Origin: an uncultured Elusimicrobium sp.
Lineage (GTDB): Bacteria; Elusimicrobiota; Elusimicrobia; Elusimicrobiales; Elusimicrobiaceae
NCBI GenBank assembly: GCA_964571655.1
Contig: CAZNCX010000001.1
Location: forward strand, 1,144 to 65,143
Length of the DNA: 64,000 nucleotides
Reading direction: 5' to 3'
Positions 18,458 through 32,222 of this stretch are shown here, piece by piece. Under the pieces are notes generated by a model. The model was not told the origin of the DNA, made no database searches, and saw nothing but the letters and a program-made list of their open reading frames with translations. The position numbers and the translations under genes are program-made. Positions within the stretch are counted from its first letter, which is position 1. Each line of letters opens with the position of its first letter.

Positions 18458-19717
18458 ATGAAAAGATATCTTTGCCTGTTTGTTCTTTTAGTGACGGCCC
18501 AAACCGCTTTTTGCGAAACAATAAAACTAAAAAGCGGTGTGATTATCAACGGCTCCATAACAGGGCAGACAGAATACGTTCTTAACGTACAGACCTCTTA
18601 CGGCCCGATATCCTTAAATCAAAGGGAAGTTGAAAGCATATCCCCCGATAAGCACCGCGTTCTCTTAAAAGGCGGCGGGGAATTTATAGGCACGGTAACT
18701 GATTTGGACGAATTTAATTTATCTTTACAAACCGACGAAGGTATTGTTAATATTGACGTTTCCCAAATAGCCTCCATGGACGTCTACGACTACGACGAAG
18801 GCGAAAAACAAAAAAAATATGTTGAAAAGAAAATAGAGCTTGAGCAGGCCGCTACGGCGGCCGCCTCTTCCCAAACGGCTCAAAGCGGCTTAAGCGAGGC
18901 GGAAATTGCAGCCGGCGCAGGCGCGGGCCTTAACGCAGGCGGCCTTTCCTTTGACTCGGATTTAGAAAAAGTATTTCCCTCCAAACCCGTAGTAATAGAA
19001 CAAAAACCGCAGGAAATTACTATCTTGCATGACCACAACGACCCCGCCCAGCCCGTATTTGAAGAGGATAAACCTCAGCTTACCGAAAAAGAAAAAGAAA
19101 TGCAAAAAGACGAAGACGCCCTTACCATTGACCAGATGAAAAAAATTAAAACTTCAAAAAATTATTTTGCTTTGCAGGGCGGCGTTCTTACCTCAAACCT
19201 TAAGATTGACTTAAGCAAATACGGCGGCAAAGAAGAAAGTTTAAGCGGCGCAAATATGGCCTTCGGCGCAGCTTATATGCGCAGATTTTCAAAATACTTG
19301 TTTTGGGGAGGAGAGTTCTCCTTCGGGCTGCTGCCCAAAGGCGCTTTTGCGCCCTCTGATACTTTGAAGGTGGAAACTTCGGGCCAGATATATAATTTGT
19401 CGCTTCTCTCAAATTTTTATGTAAATCCCGATTCCCGCTACAGGGTTTATTTGACGGGAGGATTTGGCTACTCTTCACTTTCTTTGGATAAGAACATTGG
19501 CTACTACGACGCCTACGGCAAACTGACCGACGTTAAGACAGAAGGCGTTTCTTCTTCCAATATAAACGGGATTTTTGGCGCGGGATTTGAATGGTCCATA
19601 CAAGACATTAACTTAGGTATTGAAGTGCGCGCAAATTATTCCCCCTTAAAAGAAGACTTAAAAGAAAGCAGCGCCCTGCGCGTTATGACCACAGCTAAAT
19701 TAAGCTGGTTCTTTTAA
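18458..19717 (+). CDS. modular outer-membrane protein (N-terminal duplicated beta-rich module, acidic/Pro-rich linker, C-terminal beta-barrel)
   Basis: The track starts at 18404. The ATG at 18458 gives the signal peptide MKRYLCLFVLLVTAQTAFC. The C-terminus ends KLSWFF, a typical OMP terminal aromatic. Confidence 0.65.
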   Translation: MKRYLCLFVLLVTAQTAFCETIKLKSGVIINGSITGQTEYVLNVQTSYGPISLNQREVESISPDKHRVLLKGGGEFIGTVTDLDEFNLSLQTDEGIVNIDVSQIASMDVYDYDEGEKQKKYVEKKIELEQAATAAASSQTAQSGLSEAEIAAGAGAGLNAGGLSFDSDLEKVFPSKPVVIEQKPQEITILHDHNDPAQPVFEEDKPQLTEKEKEMQKDEDALTIDQMKKIKTSKNYFALQGGVLTSNLKIDLSKYGGKEESLSGANMAFGAAYMRRFSKYLFWGGEFSFGLLPKGAFAPSDTLKVETSGQIYNLSLLSNFYVNPDSRYRVYLTGGFGYSSLSLDKNIGYYDAYGKLTDVKTEGVSSSNINGIFGAGFEWSIQDINLGIEVRANYSPLKEDLKESSALRVMTTAKLSWFF

Positions 19718-19735
19718 CGCCGCGGGATAAATATA

Positions 19736-20842
19736 ATGAAATTTCTTATACTCCCAAACAGTTTTAAGGGCACTTTAAGCGCAAGCTCTTTTTGCAGAAT
19801 TGCGCAAAAAATTCTGCCCGACGCCGTAAGCCTGCCGATAAGCGACGGCGGGGACGGCGCGCTTGAAGTATTTTCCTCCTTCCATAAAGACGCAAAGACG
19901 CTGCACGTAAACGCTTTGAACGCTTTGGGCAAAAATAAAAGAGCCCCGTTTCTTTTCCTTAAATCAAAAAAAACCGCCGTTTTGGAATGCGCTAAAATTA
20001 CTCCGCTTGCCGGCCTTAAAAAAAGCGAGCTTGATATTATCAACGCAACTTCTTTTGGCATAGGTCAAGTAATAAAAGAAGCTGTTAAAAAAGGCGCGCG
20101 CAATTTTTTTATCGGGCTGGGCGGAGTGGCTTTTAACGACGCAGGCGCGGGTATGGCCCAAGCTCTCGGCTTTGAGCTTCTTGACGCGCAAAATAAGCCC
20201 TTAAAACGCGGGGCGGGCGCGCTTTGCGGCTTAAAAAAAATCGCGCGCGCAAAAGCAAAAGCCCTTCCAAAAGACCTGAAACTTTTTGCTCTTTGCGACG
20301 TTACAAATCCTCTGCTTGGCGCGCAGGGCTCCGCTGCAGTATACGGCCCTCAAAAGGGAGCCTCTAAACAAGACGTAAAAAATCTTGAGCGGGCTTTAAC
20401 TCATTTGAGCAAAATAGTAAAAAGGGATTTGAGCGTAAACATAAACTGCCGCCGCTGCGGGGCAAGCGGAGCTTTGGGCGCGGGGCTTAAAGGTTTTTTG
20501 AACGCAAAACTTTTGGACGGGGCCTCAACTATTTTGCGGCAAAGCGGGGCGGAGCAAAAAATCAAGGAAGCCTATTGCGTCATTGCCGCAGAAGGAAAAC
20601 TTGACAAGCTTACTTTTTACGGCAAAGCGCCTCAGCGCGTTTGCGCGCTGGCCGTTAGACACAAAAAACCGGTTATTTTTATCTGCGCGGTAAATGAAAT
20701 AAAAGATAAAACCCTTCTCAAAAAACATAATATCGTAAAAGTCATTGAATTGCGGCCTCTTGCCAAAAATATGCGGGACTGTAAAGATAACGCCGCAAAA
20801 TACCTAAAACAAGCCTTAAAAAACGTCCGCCGCGATTTTTAG
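19736..20842 (+). CDS. glycerate kinase
   Basis: 368-aa ORF with the N-terminal PNSFKGTLSA...SDGGDG pattern of the glycerate kinase family. Confidence 0.85.
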   Translation: MKFLILPNSFKGTLSASSFCRIAQKILPDAVSLPISDGGDGALEVFSSFHKDAKTLHVNALNALGKNKRAPFLFLKSKKTAVLECAKITPLAGLKKSELDIINATSFGIGQVIKEAVKKGARNFFIGLGGVAFNDAGAGMAQALGFELLDAQNKPLKRGAGALCGLKKIARAKAKALPKDLKLFALCDVTNPLLGAQGSAAVYGPQKGASKQDVKNLERALTHLSKIVKRDLSVNINCRRCGASGALGAGLKGFLNAKLLDGASTILRQSGAEQKIKEAYCVIAAEGKLDKLTFYGKAPQRVCALAVRHKKPVIFICAVNEIKDKTLLKKHNIVKVIELRPLAKNMRDCKDNAAKYLKQALKNVRRDF

Positions 20843-20856
20843 TAGAATATATATAT

Positions 20857-21216
20857 ATGATAGAGAGAATAAAAAGGCTTGAGCCTCTTTTTTTAGAGGA
20901 GATAAATACACTTATTGCGCGCAAAACGGCAAGCGGTGTTTTCAGCGGTTTTATAACCGTTACCGCCATACATATGACCAAAGACTTAATGCACGCAAAA
21001 GTTTTCTACTCAGTTTTCGGCAGCGATGCCGACAGGGAAAACGCGCAAAAAGCGCTTGATGCCTTAAAAAGCGAGATAGGCCCCGCCCTAAGAAAAAGGA
21101 TACATATAAAAAGGCTGCCTTCTTTTACCTTTGAGTTTGATGATACCCCCAAAAAAGCTTCAAAAGTTGAAAAAATTTTTGCCGCTATAGAAAAAGAAAA
21201 TGAGCAAACAAAATAA
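20857..21216 (+). CDS. rbfA: ribosome-binding factor A
   Basis: 119-aa ORF with an RbfA-like sequence, in the conserved rbfA-truB-ribF context. Confidence 0.85.
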   Translation: MIERIKRLEPLFLEEINTLIARKTASGVFSGFITVTAIHMTKDLMHAKVFYSVFGSDADRENAQKALDALKSEIGPALRKRIHIKRLPSFTFEFDDTPKKASKVEKIFAAIEKENEQTK

Positions 21217-22195
21217 TTTCCCGAAAGTATTTAAGCAAATAGCCTGCGCCTTAAAAGACGGCAAAAAATTCTTTGTAGCCGGCCACCAAAATCCCGACGG
21301 GGATTCTTTAGGTTCCACTTTGGCGGTCTGCTCCTTATTAAAAAGGCTCGGCAAAGAAGTTTACGCCTACAGCCACGATAAACCCGGGGAGGATTTGTTT
21401 TTCCTGCCGCAGTTAAATTCCCTTAATTTCGGCGCTTTGCCAAAAGAAAAGGATTTTGACACTCTTGTCCTTTTGGAATGCTCCGACAAAAAACGCGGCG
21501 GTAATCTTGATTCTCTTTTTAAGACGGCAAAAACCGTCGTCAACATTGACCATCACCCTACGGGCGAAACTTACGGCACGATAAATTATATAGAACCAAA
21601 AGCCTCCTCCACCGCCGAAATTATAACGCAGATTTTTCAGTATATGAATATTACCCCCACAAAAGACGAAGCTACCTGCCTTTACGTCGGCGTTGCAACG
21701 GACACGGGGCGTTTTTTACATTCCAACACAACCCCAAAAAGCATGAGCGCGGCGGCCTTCCTTCTTGCCTGTGAGGCCGATATTAAGACGGTAAATACCG
21801 TAATTTACAATACAAAGCCTTATAAAGAATTAAAGCTGCTTGGCCGCGCGCTTGAAAAGATGGCCCTTTGCTGTAAAAATAAAATAGCCGTTATTATGCT
21901 TGAAGAAAAAGATTTCAAAGCCCTTAAAGTAAACCCGAAGCATACTCAGGGTATTGTAAGCCAGCCTATTATGATACCGTCGGTAGAAGTTTCCCTGCTG
22001 CTGAGGCAGGACATCGGGGAAATTGCGGCAAATCTGCGCTCCAAAGGCGCCATTGACGTAAGCCGAGTAGCCCAAACTTTCGGCGGGGGCGGACACGCAA
22101 GGGCTGCAGGTTTCAGGATAAAAGACGGCGAAATTAAAACTGTCGCAAAAGAAACAATAAAAATTTTAGCCGCCCTGCTGCACAAAAACAAATGA
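21200..22195 (+). CDS. nrnA: DHH/DHHA1 phosphoesterase (NrnA-like oligoribonuclease/pAp phosphatase)
   Basis: 331-aa ORF with motifs HQNPDGDSLGS, NIDHHPTG and GGGGHARAAG. Confidence 0.8.
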   Translation: MSKQNNFPKVFKQIACALKDGKKFFVAGHQNPDGDSLGSTLAVCSLLKRLGKEVYAYSHDKPGEDLFFLPQLNSLNFGALPKEKDFDTLVLLECSDKKRGGNLDSLFKTAKTVVNIDHHPTGETYGTINYIEPKASSTAEIITQIFQYMNITPTKDEATCLYVGVATDTGRFLHSNTTPKSMSAAAFLLACEADIKTVNTVIYNTKPYKELKLLGRALEKMALCCKNKIAVIMLEEKDFKALKVNPKHTQGIVSQPIMIPSVEVSLLLRQDIGEIAANLRSKGAIDVSRVAQTFGGGGHARAAGFRIKDGEIKTVAKETIKILAALLHKNK

Positions 22196-22875
22196 ACGAA
22201 AACGGTTTCCTTTTGCTTATTGACAAGCCTGTAGGCTGGACTTCTTTTGACGTCGTAGCTTATATGCGCGGCCTGCTGAGAGCCTCTAAAGTCGGCCATT
22301 GCGGCACGCTGGACCCTTTGGCAAGCGGACTTCTTATCTTACTGTTTGGCAAAGCAACAAAAATGCAAAAAAATTATCTGCACCTGCCTAAAGTTTACGA
22401 AGGGCAAATACTGCTCGGTGTGGAAACTGATTCTTGGGATATGGAAGGCAAAATAATAAAAGAACAAACACCGCCAGAAGTTTCACCAAAAGCCCTGCAA
22501 AAAGCAATATCGGAACTGACGGGAGAAATAACGCAGCCCGTACCCTATTTCAGCGCAAAAAAGATAAACGGCAAAAAAATGTACGCCGCGGCAAGGCAAG
22601 GCGTTTTTATTGAAAAGCAAACCGTAGTTACCGTTGAAAAATGGCCAAAAGCCGACTTAAAAGATAATATAATAAATTTTGAGGTTTGCTGCTCAAGCGG
22701 AACTTACGTGCGCTCCCTTGCTTATATGCTGGGGCAAAAACTGGGCTCGGCGGCCTGCCTGAAGTCTTTACGCCGCACGCAGATAGGTCCTTTTAACGTT
22801 AAAGACGCGCTGCCGCTTGAAAAAGCAAAAACTATGAGCAAAGAGGAAGCCGAAAAATGGCTAAAAACCTTATAA
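22192..22875 (+). CDS. truB: tRNA pseudouridine(55) synthase
   Basis: 227-aa ORF with the catalytic motif GHCGTLDPLASG. Confidence 0.92.
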   Translation: MNENGFLLLIDKPVGWTSFDVVAYMRGLLRASKVGHCGTLDPLASGLLILLFGKATKMQKNYLHLPKVYEGQILLGVETDSWDMEGKIIKEQTPPEVSPKALQKAISELTGEITQPVPYFSAKKINGKKMYAAARQGVFIEKQTVVTVEKWPKADLKDNIINFEVCCSSGTYVRSLAYMLGQKLGSAACLKSLRRTQIGPFNVKDALPLEKAKTMSKEEAEKWLKTL

Positions 22876-23738
22876 CCATAGGCGCTTTTGACGGTCTCCA
22901 CAAAGGGCACAAATTTTTGCTTGACGCGCTTTGCGCTTTGGCGCATAAAAATAATCTGCGGCCTTTGGCTTTAGTTTTTGTAATACCGCCGCGTGTCGTT
23001 TTAAGTAAAATAAAACAAAATACTCTTTTAACCCTCCCGAGGGAAAAATTTGCCCTCTTTAAGCAATATCCGCAAATTAAAGTAAAAAAAATATCTTTTT
23101 TTGACGTCTGCAACCGTCCTTGCCGCGATTTTTTTGATTCCCTCATAAAAGACTATAATATGGGCGGGTTTCTTGCCGGAAGGGATTTTGTCTTCGGCAA
23201 AAACAGGAAAGGCGATTTTAAGTTTCTTACCGACGCCTGCGCAAAAAAAGGTTTGGTTTTCTGCCGAGCAAATTTTCTTAAAAGCGGGAAATTAAAAATA
23301 TCTTCCTCTTTGGTGCGCAAACATATTTTAGAGGGAGACATTAAGGGCGCGGCAAAATTACTCGGGCGCGCCTATCAAATAAGCGGGCGCGTAATACACG
23401 GGCAAAGGCTTGGCAGGAAAATGGGTTTTCCTACGGCAAATTTGGAAATTGAAGAACATAAAATTTTGCCGCGCGGGGTTTTTGCCGTTGAAGTTTTTTT
23501 AGGCAAAGAGCGTTTACGCGGCATCTGCAATATAGGTGTGAGGCCTACAGTTTCTTTAGACGGACGCCCCTGCGTTGAAGTCCATATCCTTGATTTTAAC
23601 CGCGACATTTACGGCAAAAAACTTACCGTAAATTTTATCTCCAAAATACGAAACGAAAAACATTTCCATACGCTGGGCGAACTTATCCAGCAGATAAATA
23701 AAGACTCCGCGCGCGCCTACAAAGACGTTCCCCTTTAA
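22857..23738 (+). CDS. ribF: bifunctional riboflavin kinase / FAD synthetase
   Basis: 293-aa ORF with N-terminal GAFDGLHKGH and C-terminal riboflavin kinase motifs (GFPTANL). Confidence 0.9.
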   Translation: MAKNLITIGAFDGLHKGHKFLLDALCALAHKNNLRPLALVFVIPPRVVLSKIKQNTLLTLPREKFALFKQYPQIKVKKISFFDVCNRPCRDFFDSLIKDYNMGGFLAGRDFVFGKNRKGDFKFLTDACAKKGLVFCRANFLKSGKLKISSSLVRKHILEGDIKGAAKLLGRAYQISGRVIHGQRLGRKMGFPTANLEIEEHKILPRGVFAVEVFLGKERLRGICNIGVRPTVSLDGRPCVEVHILDFNRDIYGKKLTVNFISKIRNEKHFHTLGELIQQINKDSARAYKDVPL

Positions 23739-23812
23739 CCCGCGGCCGCAGCAGCGCATTTTTATCTATATTTTACTGGCGCGCCGTTCTATTATTATGA
23801 TAAAATTTTTAT

Positions 23813-26201
<2,389 letters not shown>

Positions 26202-26231
26202 CTTTTTTACTGAAAATTTTGACCATAAAAA

Positions 26232-26262
26232 AGACCTTCGTTTTAACGAAGGCCTTTTTTTA
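26232..26262 (+). terminator. intrinsic terminator after ligA
   Basis: AGACCTTCG-TTTTAA-CGAAGGCCT hairpin followed by a T7 run. Confidence 0.7.
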
Positions 26263-26298
26263 TAAAATCTGTCCAAACGCGGGGTTTAGTTTCTTAAA

Positions 26299-26369
26299 AG
26301 CGGGCGAAGAGAATCGAACTCTCGTCTCAACCTTGGCAAGGTCGCGTTCTACCATTGAACCACGCCCGC
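26299..26369 (-). tRNA. tRNA-Gly (anticodon GCC)
   Basis: The reverse strand reads GCGGGCG TG GTTC AATGGTA GAAC G CGACC TTGCCAA GGTTG AGAC GAGAG TTCGATT CTCTT CGCCCGC T. This gives a 7-bp acceptor stem, a GTTCGATT T-loop and the anticodon loop TT-GCC-AA. No CCA is encoded. Confidence 0.9.
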
Positions 26370-26387
26370 AGAACTTCTTACAAATAT

Positions 26388-26396
26388 ATTATAACA
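26388..26396 (-). promoter_or_regulatory. extended -10 element TGtTATAAT upstream of tRNA-Gly
   Basis: The reverse strand reads ...TAGACG-18 nt-TATAAT, with TG one base upstream of the hexamer. There are 18 nt between the hexamer and the mature tRNA 5' end. Confidence 0.4.
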
Positions 26397-26414
26397 TATT
26401 AGCCGTTTTTGCGT

Positions 26415-27188
26415 CTATTGGGCGCTCTGAGAACCGTAAATTACTGCAGCGGCCTTTTTTGTTTCCATTTTAGAAAAAAGAAAATTTTTGAGAATATTAT
26501 TATTTAATAATTCTTTAAGGTATAAATTTTCTTCCGCAAGGGCTTTTGTTTCCTTAGGGTTGTCTATAAAATACTGCGCGGCGCGCGTCAGAAGCAAATT
26601 GTTTACCAGAGAACTGTTTAGAATCGCCGTTAAAACAGTTTCGTTTTCCAAAGTGTTTATGACTACGGGATTTGTAAAAAAGTTTTCAACGGCGTAATCC
26701 TGCTGGGCAAGCATATCAACAAGAGGAAAAGCAGTCTCAGTCAAATTTTTAACGCTTCTTCTGTTCATAAAAGAAGAAACTACGGTTTCGTTATTAAAAA
26801 TAACTTCTATGACCTGTGGATTTTTAAGGTTATCTCCCACGGTATTCATTAAACTCCACGGGGTGGAGCCTACCCTTTGCAGATCCTCTTTGCTAAGCCG
26901 CGTTATGTTATAGAGATTAACGGCAATGACCGGTTTGCCGTACTCGGCATACATATCGGCGCGCGCGGGAGTAGCGATATTTGCCGGCAGATTCGGTTTT
27001 GCTTCTTCGGGGAAATCCTTAAACTCAGCTTTGTCGTTTGTAAAATCCTGCAGGCGGTCCGGCGTTATTGCAAGCTGCGGATTATTGGCTTTTTTTACAT
27101 ATAAGCTTACCGGCACCGCAACAGCGCTTAAAGCAAATAAAAACAACATAAAATATACTAAGTTTTTGCTTTTTTCTTCCTGTTTCAT
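26415..27188 (-). CDS. membrane-anchored/secreted hypothetical protein
   Basis: 257-aa ORF with one N-terminal hydrophobic helix (LVYFMLFLFALSAVAVPVSLYV). I recognise no domain. Confidence 0.55.
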   Translation of the reverse strand: MKQEEKSKNLVYFMLFLFALSAVAVPVSLYVKKANNPQLAITPDRLQDFTNDKAEFKDFPEEAKPNLPANIATPARADMYAEYGKPVIAVNLYNITRLSKEDLQRVGSTPWSLMNTVGDNLKNPQVIEVIFNNETVVSSFMNRRSVKNLTETAFPLVDMLAQQDYAVENFFTNPVVINTLENETVLTAILNSSLVNNLLLTRAAQYFIDNPKETKALAEENLYLKELLNNNILKNFLFSKMETKKAAAVIYGSQSAQ

Positions 27189-27238
27189 AAGAATATTTTA
27201 ACATAAATTTACCTCTTAAATATGCTATGATTTTTTAT

Positions 27239-27655
27239 ATGAAGTTTTATACTGAATATCTTACCGTTAATACCGAAGAACGCCGTCAAATCAAAAACAT
27301 TACGCGGCCCGTACACGAAGCTTTGGCAAAAAGCGGTATCAAAGAAGGCCTGTGCCTCGTCAACGCCATGCACATAACGGCAAGCGTGTTTATAAACGAC
27401 AACGAAAGCGGCCTCCACGAAGATTTTTTGAAATGGACAGAGAGCCTTGCTCCCTACAGCCCCAAAGGTTACCAGCATAATCTTACCGGCGAAGATAACG
27501 GCGACGCGCATTTAAAGCGCACCATTATGGGCAGGGAGGTCGTCATAGCCGTAACCAAAGGCGAGCTTGATTTTGGCCCGTGGGAAAGCATTTTTTACGG
27601 CGAGTTTGACGGACAGAGAAATAAAAGAATCTTAATTAAAATAATAGGGGAATAA
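27239..27655 (+). CDS. YjbQ/UPF0047-family protein (secondary thiamine-phosphate synthase-like)
   Basis: The track start at 27227 lies inside a -10-like element, so I prefer the ATG at 27239. Family pattern: [31 protein letters not shown]...[13 protein letters not shown]. Confidence 0.8.
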   Translation: MKFYTEYLTVNTEERRQIKNITRPVHEALAKSGIKEGLCLVNAMHITASVFINDNESGLHEDFLKWTESLAPYSPKGYQHNLTGEDNGDAHLKRTIMGREVVIAVTKGELDFGPWESIFYGEFDGQRNKRILIKIIGE

Positions 27656-28066
27656 ATGAAACGCAAAGTTTACTATTACGATACGGACTGCGGCGGCGTT
27701 GTTTACCACGCAAACTATCTTAATTTTTTTGAAGAAGCCCGCACGGAAGAACTTGAAAAACTTGGGCTTTCGGTAAACGATCTAAAAAAAGACGATTGCT
27801 TTTTTGTCGTAAATCATCAGGAAATTTTTTACAGATATCCGGCCTTTTACGGCGATATTTTAGATATTGAGGCCAAAGTGGTGGATTTAAGCGCGGTACG
27901 TATGGTATTTGAATACCATATAAAAAATCAAGACGGTAAACTTACTACCGAGGGCACGACTTCTTTAGTCTGCATCGGTAAAGACGGGCATCCGCACGCG
28001 TGGCCGGAGTATTTTGCCCAAAAGATTCCCATAAGCCCCGCAACGATAAAAACAGGGAGAAAGTAA
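27656..28066 (+). CDS. YbgC/4HBT-family acyl-CoA thioesterase
   Basis: 136-aa ORF with a hot-dog fold N-terminal motif (VYYYDTDCGGVVYHANYLNFFEEAR). Confidence 0.85.
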   Translation: MKRKVYYYDTDCGGVVYHANYLNFFEEARTEELEKLGLSVNDLKKDDCFFVVNHQEIFYRYPAFYGDILDIEAKVVDLSAVRMVFEYHIKNQDGKLTTEGTTSLVCIGKDGHPHAWPEYFAQKIPISPATIKTGRK

Positions 28067-28067
28067 A

Positions 28068-28493
28068 ATGAAAAAAGCTCTTTTAATTATTTGTTCCGCT
28101 TTGCTTTTATGCGCCTGCGCGGGCATAAATGACAAAATGTCTTTTAAGTTTGCGGTACCGGAAACCGATAATGACGCCTTGGGCTTTCAAAAATCTACGG
28201 CGTCTTATGAACTTTACTCGTGGAAAACCGGCTCCGAATGGGCGTTTTCTTTGTTTGAAAACGGCTCGCGCCTTACGGCCTCTTTCAAAAGCATCAGCAC
28301 GGGAAATGACGTTATTATCGGCCCCGAGCAGCTTATGCAGGACATTTTGGCCCTGCCCCAAAACACAAGAATTTATTGGAACTTAAAGCGCATAAAAGGC
28401 TTCAAGCTTCCGCCGCAGGATTTATTAAATAAAATAGTGTCGGAAGCAAAAAAGAGCGGAATTGTAATTGAAGTTATAAACTGGCCTTCTTAA
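28068..28493 (+). CDS. probable lipoprotein (hypothetical)
   Basis: 141-aa ORF with a signal peptide and Cys (MKKALLIICSALLLCAC). I recognise no domain. Confidence 0.55.
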   Translation: MKKALLIICSALLLCACAGINDKMSFKFAVPETDNDALGFQKSTASYELYSWKTGSEWAFSLFENGSRLTASFKSISTGNDVIIGPEQLMQDILALPQNTRIYWNLKRIKGFKLPPQDLLNKIVSEAKKSGIVIEVINWPS

Positions 28494-28518
28494 GACGGTA
28501 AAAAAGCAGGGCAACGCT

Positions 28519-28935
28519 TTATTTTCTTTTTCTGTACTGTTTTACTTTAAGCAGCAGGATAGCTTTCTTTAATTCCATTTCGGCAAGGGCCATATCAATG
28601 TCGGGATCTTTGCCTGACATGCTTGATTTGGCCTGAGCGGCTTTTTGTTTTTCTTCCTCTTCATTAATTTCATCTGCGAGGGCGGCGTCCTCGGCAAAAA
28701 CGCTGACAACGTCGCGCGCAATCTCTGCCAGACCGCCCATTACGGCAAAATATTCCTCGTTTTCTCCTTCTTTATAGCGAAGCACGCCGAAATTAAGCTT
28801 TGCAATATACTGCGTATGCCCGGGCAAAATGCCCATCTCCCCCTCGTAGGCGGGCAAGGCTACAAAATCCACCTGCTTATCTATCACGGGGCGCTGGGGC
28901 GTTATTATCTGCAATCTTAATTTCTTTTGGGACAT
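28519..28935 (-). CDS. atpC: F1 ATP synthase subunit epsilon
   Basis: 138-aa ORF, last gene of the atp operon, with an epsilon-like beta-sandwich N-terminus and a helical C-terminus. Confidence 0.9.
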   Translation of the reverse strand: MSQKKLRLQIITPQRPVIDKQVDFVALPAYEGEMGILPGHTQYIAKLNFGVLRYKEGENEEYFAVMGGLAEIARDVVSVFAEDAALADEINEEEEKQKAAQAKSSMSGKDPDIDMALAEMELKKAILLLKVKQYRKRK

Positions 28936-28938
28936 AAA

Positions 28939-31285
<2,347 letters not shown>

Positions 31286-31297
31286 GGCAAAATACCC

Positions 31298-32221
31298 TTA
31301 TTTTTTCCTGCTTTCAAGCGTACTAACGTAATCGGCTATGCCTTTCTCTAAAGTATAATCCGGGGAATAGCCTATTTTCTCTGTCGTAGCGGAAATATCG
31401 GCAAGCGTGCGCATCTGATAAAAAGAGTACGGATTATCAATATATTCCGTCGCAAGATTTAATCCCATTTCATTGTTAAGACATTTGATTATATCGTTAA
31501 AATTGCGCGATATCCCCGTGCCGACATTATAAACGCCGCTTTCTTTGGCGTTATTTAGCGCGCAGAAATTTGCTTTAACGACATCTTTTATATAGACAAA
31601 ATCCCTTTCCTGCTCACCCATCTTGAAAATCTTGGGATTATGCCCTAGTTTCATTTGATTGTAAAGCTGATACATCATACTGGCCGTTTTGCCCTTATAA
31701 TACTCTCCCGGGCCATAAACGTTAAAATATCTGAGGCCGACGATAGTCATATCCCGATTGTCAGAAGCAAATTCCTTTGCCACATTATCCATCATGGCTT
31801 TGGAAAAACCGTAAATATTTTCAGGTGCGGGGGTTTGAGTTATCTTCATAGGACACTCGCCGTTGCCGTAAGTGGCCGCAGAAGAGGCGTAAATAACCTT
31901 CTTGATTTCATTTTCGGCCGCGTAGTTTAAGATATTGCGGAAAGCTTCCACATTTGCTTCCATCATAAGGCGCTGGTCGTGCACATCGGTATCGGTTATG
32001 GCCGCTTCGTGGAATATTGCGTCAAAATAATCGTCTTCGGGCAGCTCTTCGTAAACGTCGGCCGTGTAAATATCCCCCTTAAAGCCGAGCAGATTTTTGA
32101 AATTCCCGCTTGAAAAATCATCTATTACGGAAACGCTGTTGCCCTGTTTTTCAAGTTCAAGAGCGATATTGCTGCCTATAAAACCCGCGCCGCCGGTAAC
32201 TAAATATTTTTTTTGTGCCAT
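31298..32221 (-). CDS. hldD: ADP-L-glycero-D-manno-heptose 6-epimerase-like NAD-dependent epimerase (SDR), embedded in the atp operon
   Basis: 307-aa ORF with motifs VTGGAGFIGSN, ASSAATYG, YGFSK (YxxxK), LRYFNVYGP, KG..ASM, RDFVYIKDV and YQ..T.AD, collinear with E. coli HldD as I remember it. Confidence 0.75.
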   Translation of the reverse strand: MAQKKYLVTGGAGFIGSNIALELEKQGNSVSVIDDFSSGNFKNLLGFKGDIYTADVYEELPEDDYFDAIFHEAAITDTDVHDQRLMMEANVEAFRNILNYAAENEIKKVIYASSAATYGNGECPMKITQTPAPENIYGFSKAMMDNVAKEFASDNRDMTIVGLRYFNVYGPGEYYKGKTASMMYQLYNQMKLGHNPKIFKMGEQERDFVYIKDVVKANFCALNNAKESGVYNVGTGISRNFNDIIKCLNNEMGLNLATEYIDNPYSFYQMRTLADISATTEKIGYSPDYTLEKGIADYVSTLESRKK

Positions 32222-32222
32222 T

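Noticed and set aside
26202-26414. tRNA-Gly as an integration hotspot or genomic island border
   Set aside because: There is no integrase, no direct repeat of the tRNA 3' end, and no compositional break that I can see on either side.
26219-26473. 84-aa plus-strand ORF spanning the ligA terminator and the tRNA-Gly gene
   Set aside because: It overlaps a terminator hairpin and a well-folding tRNA on the opposite strand, so it is not credible as coding.
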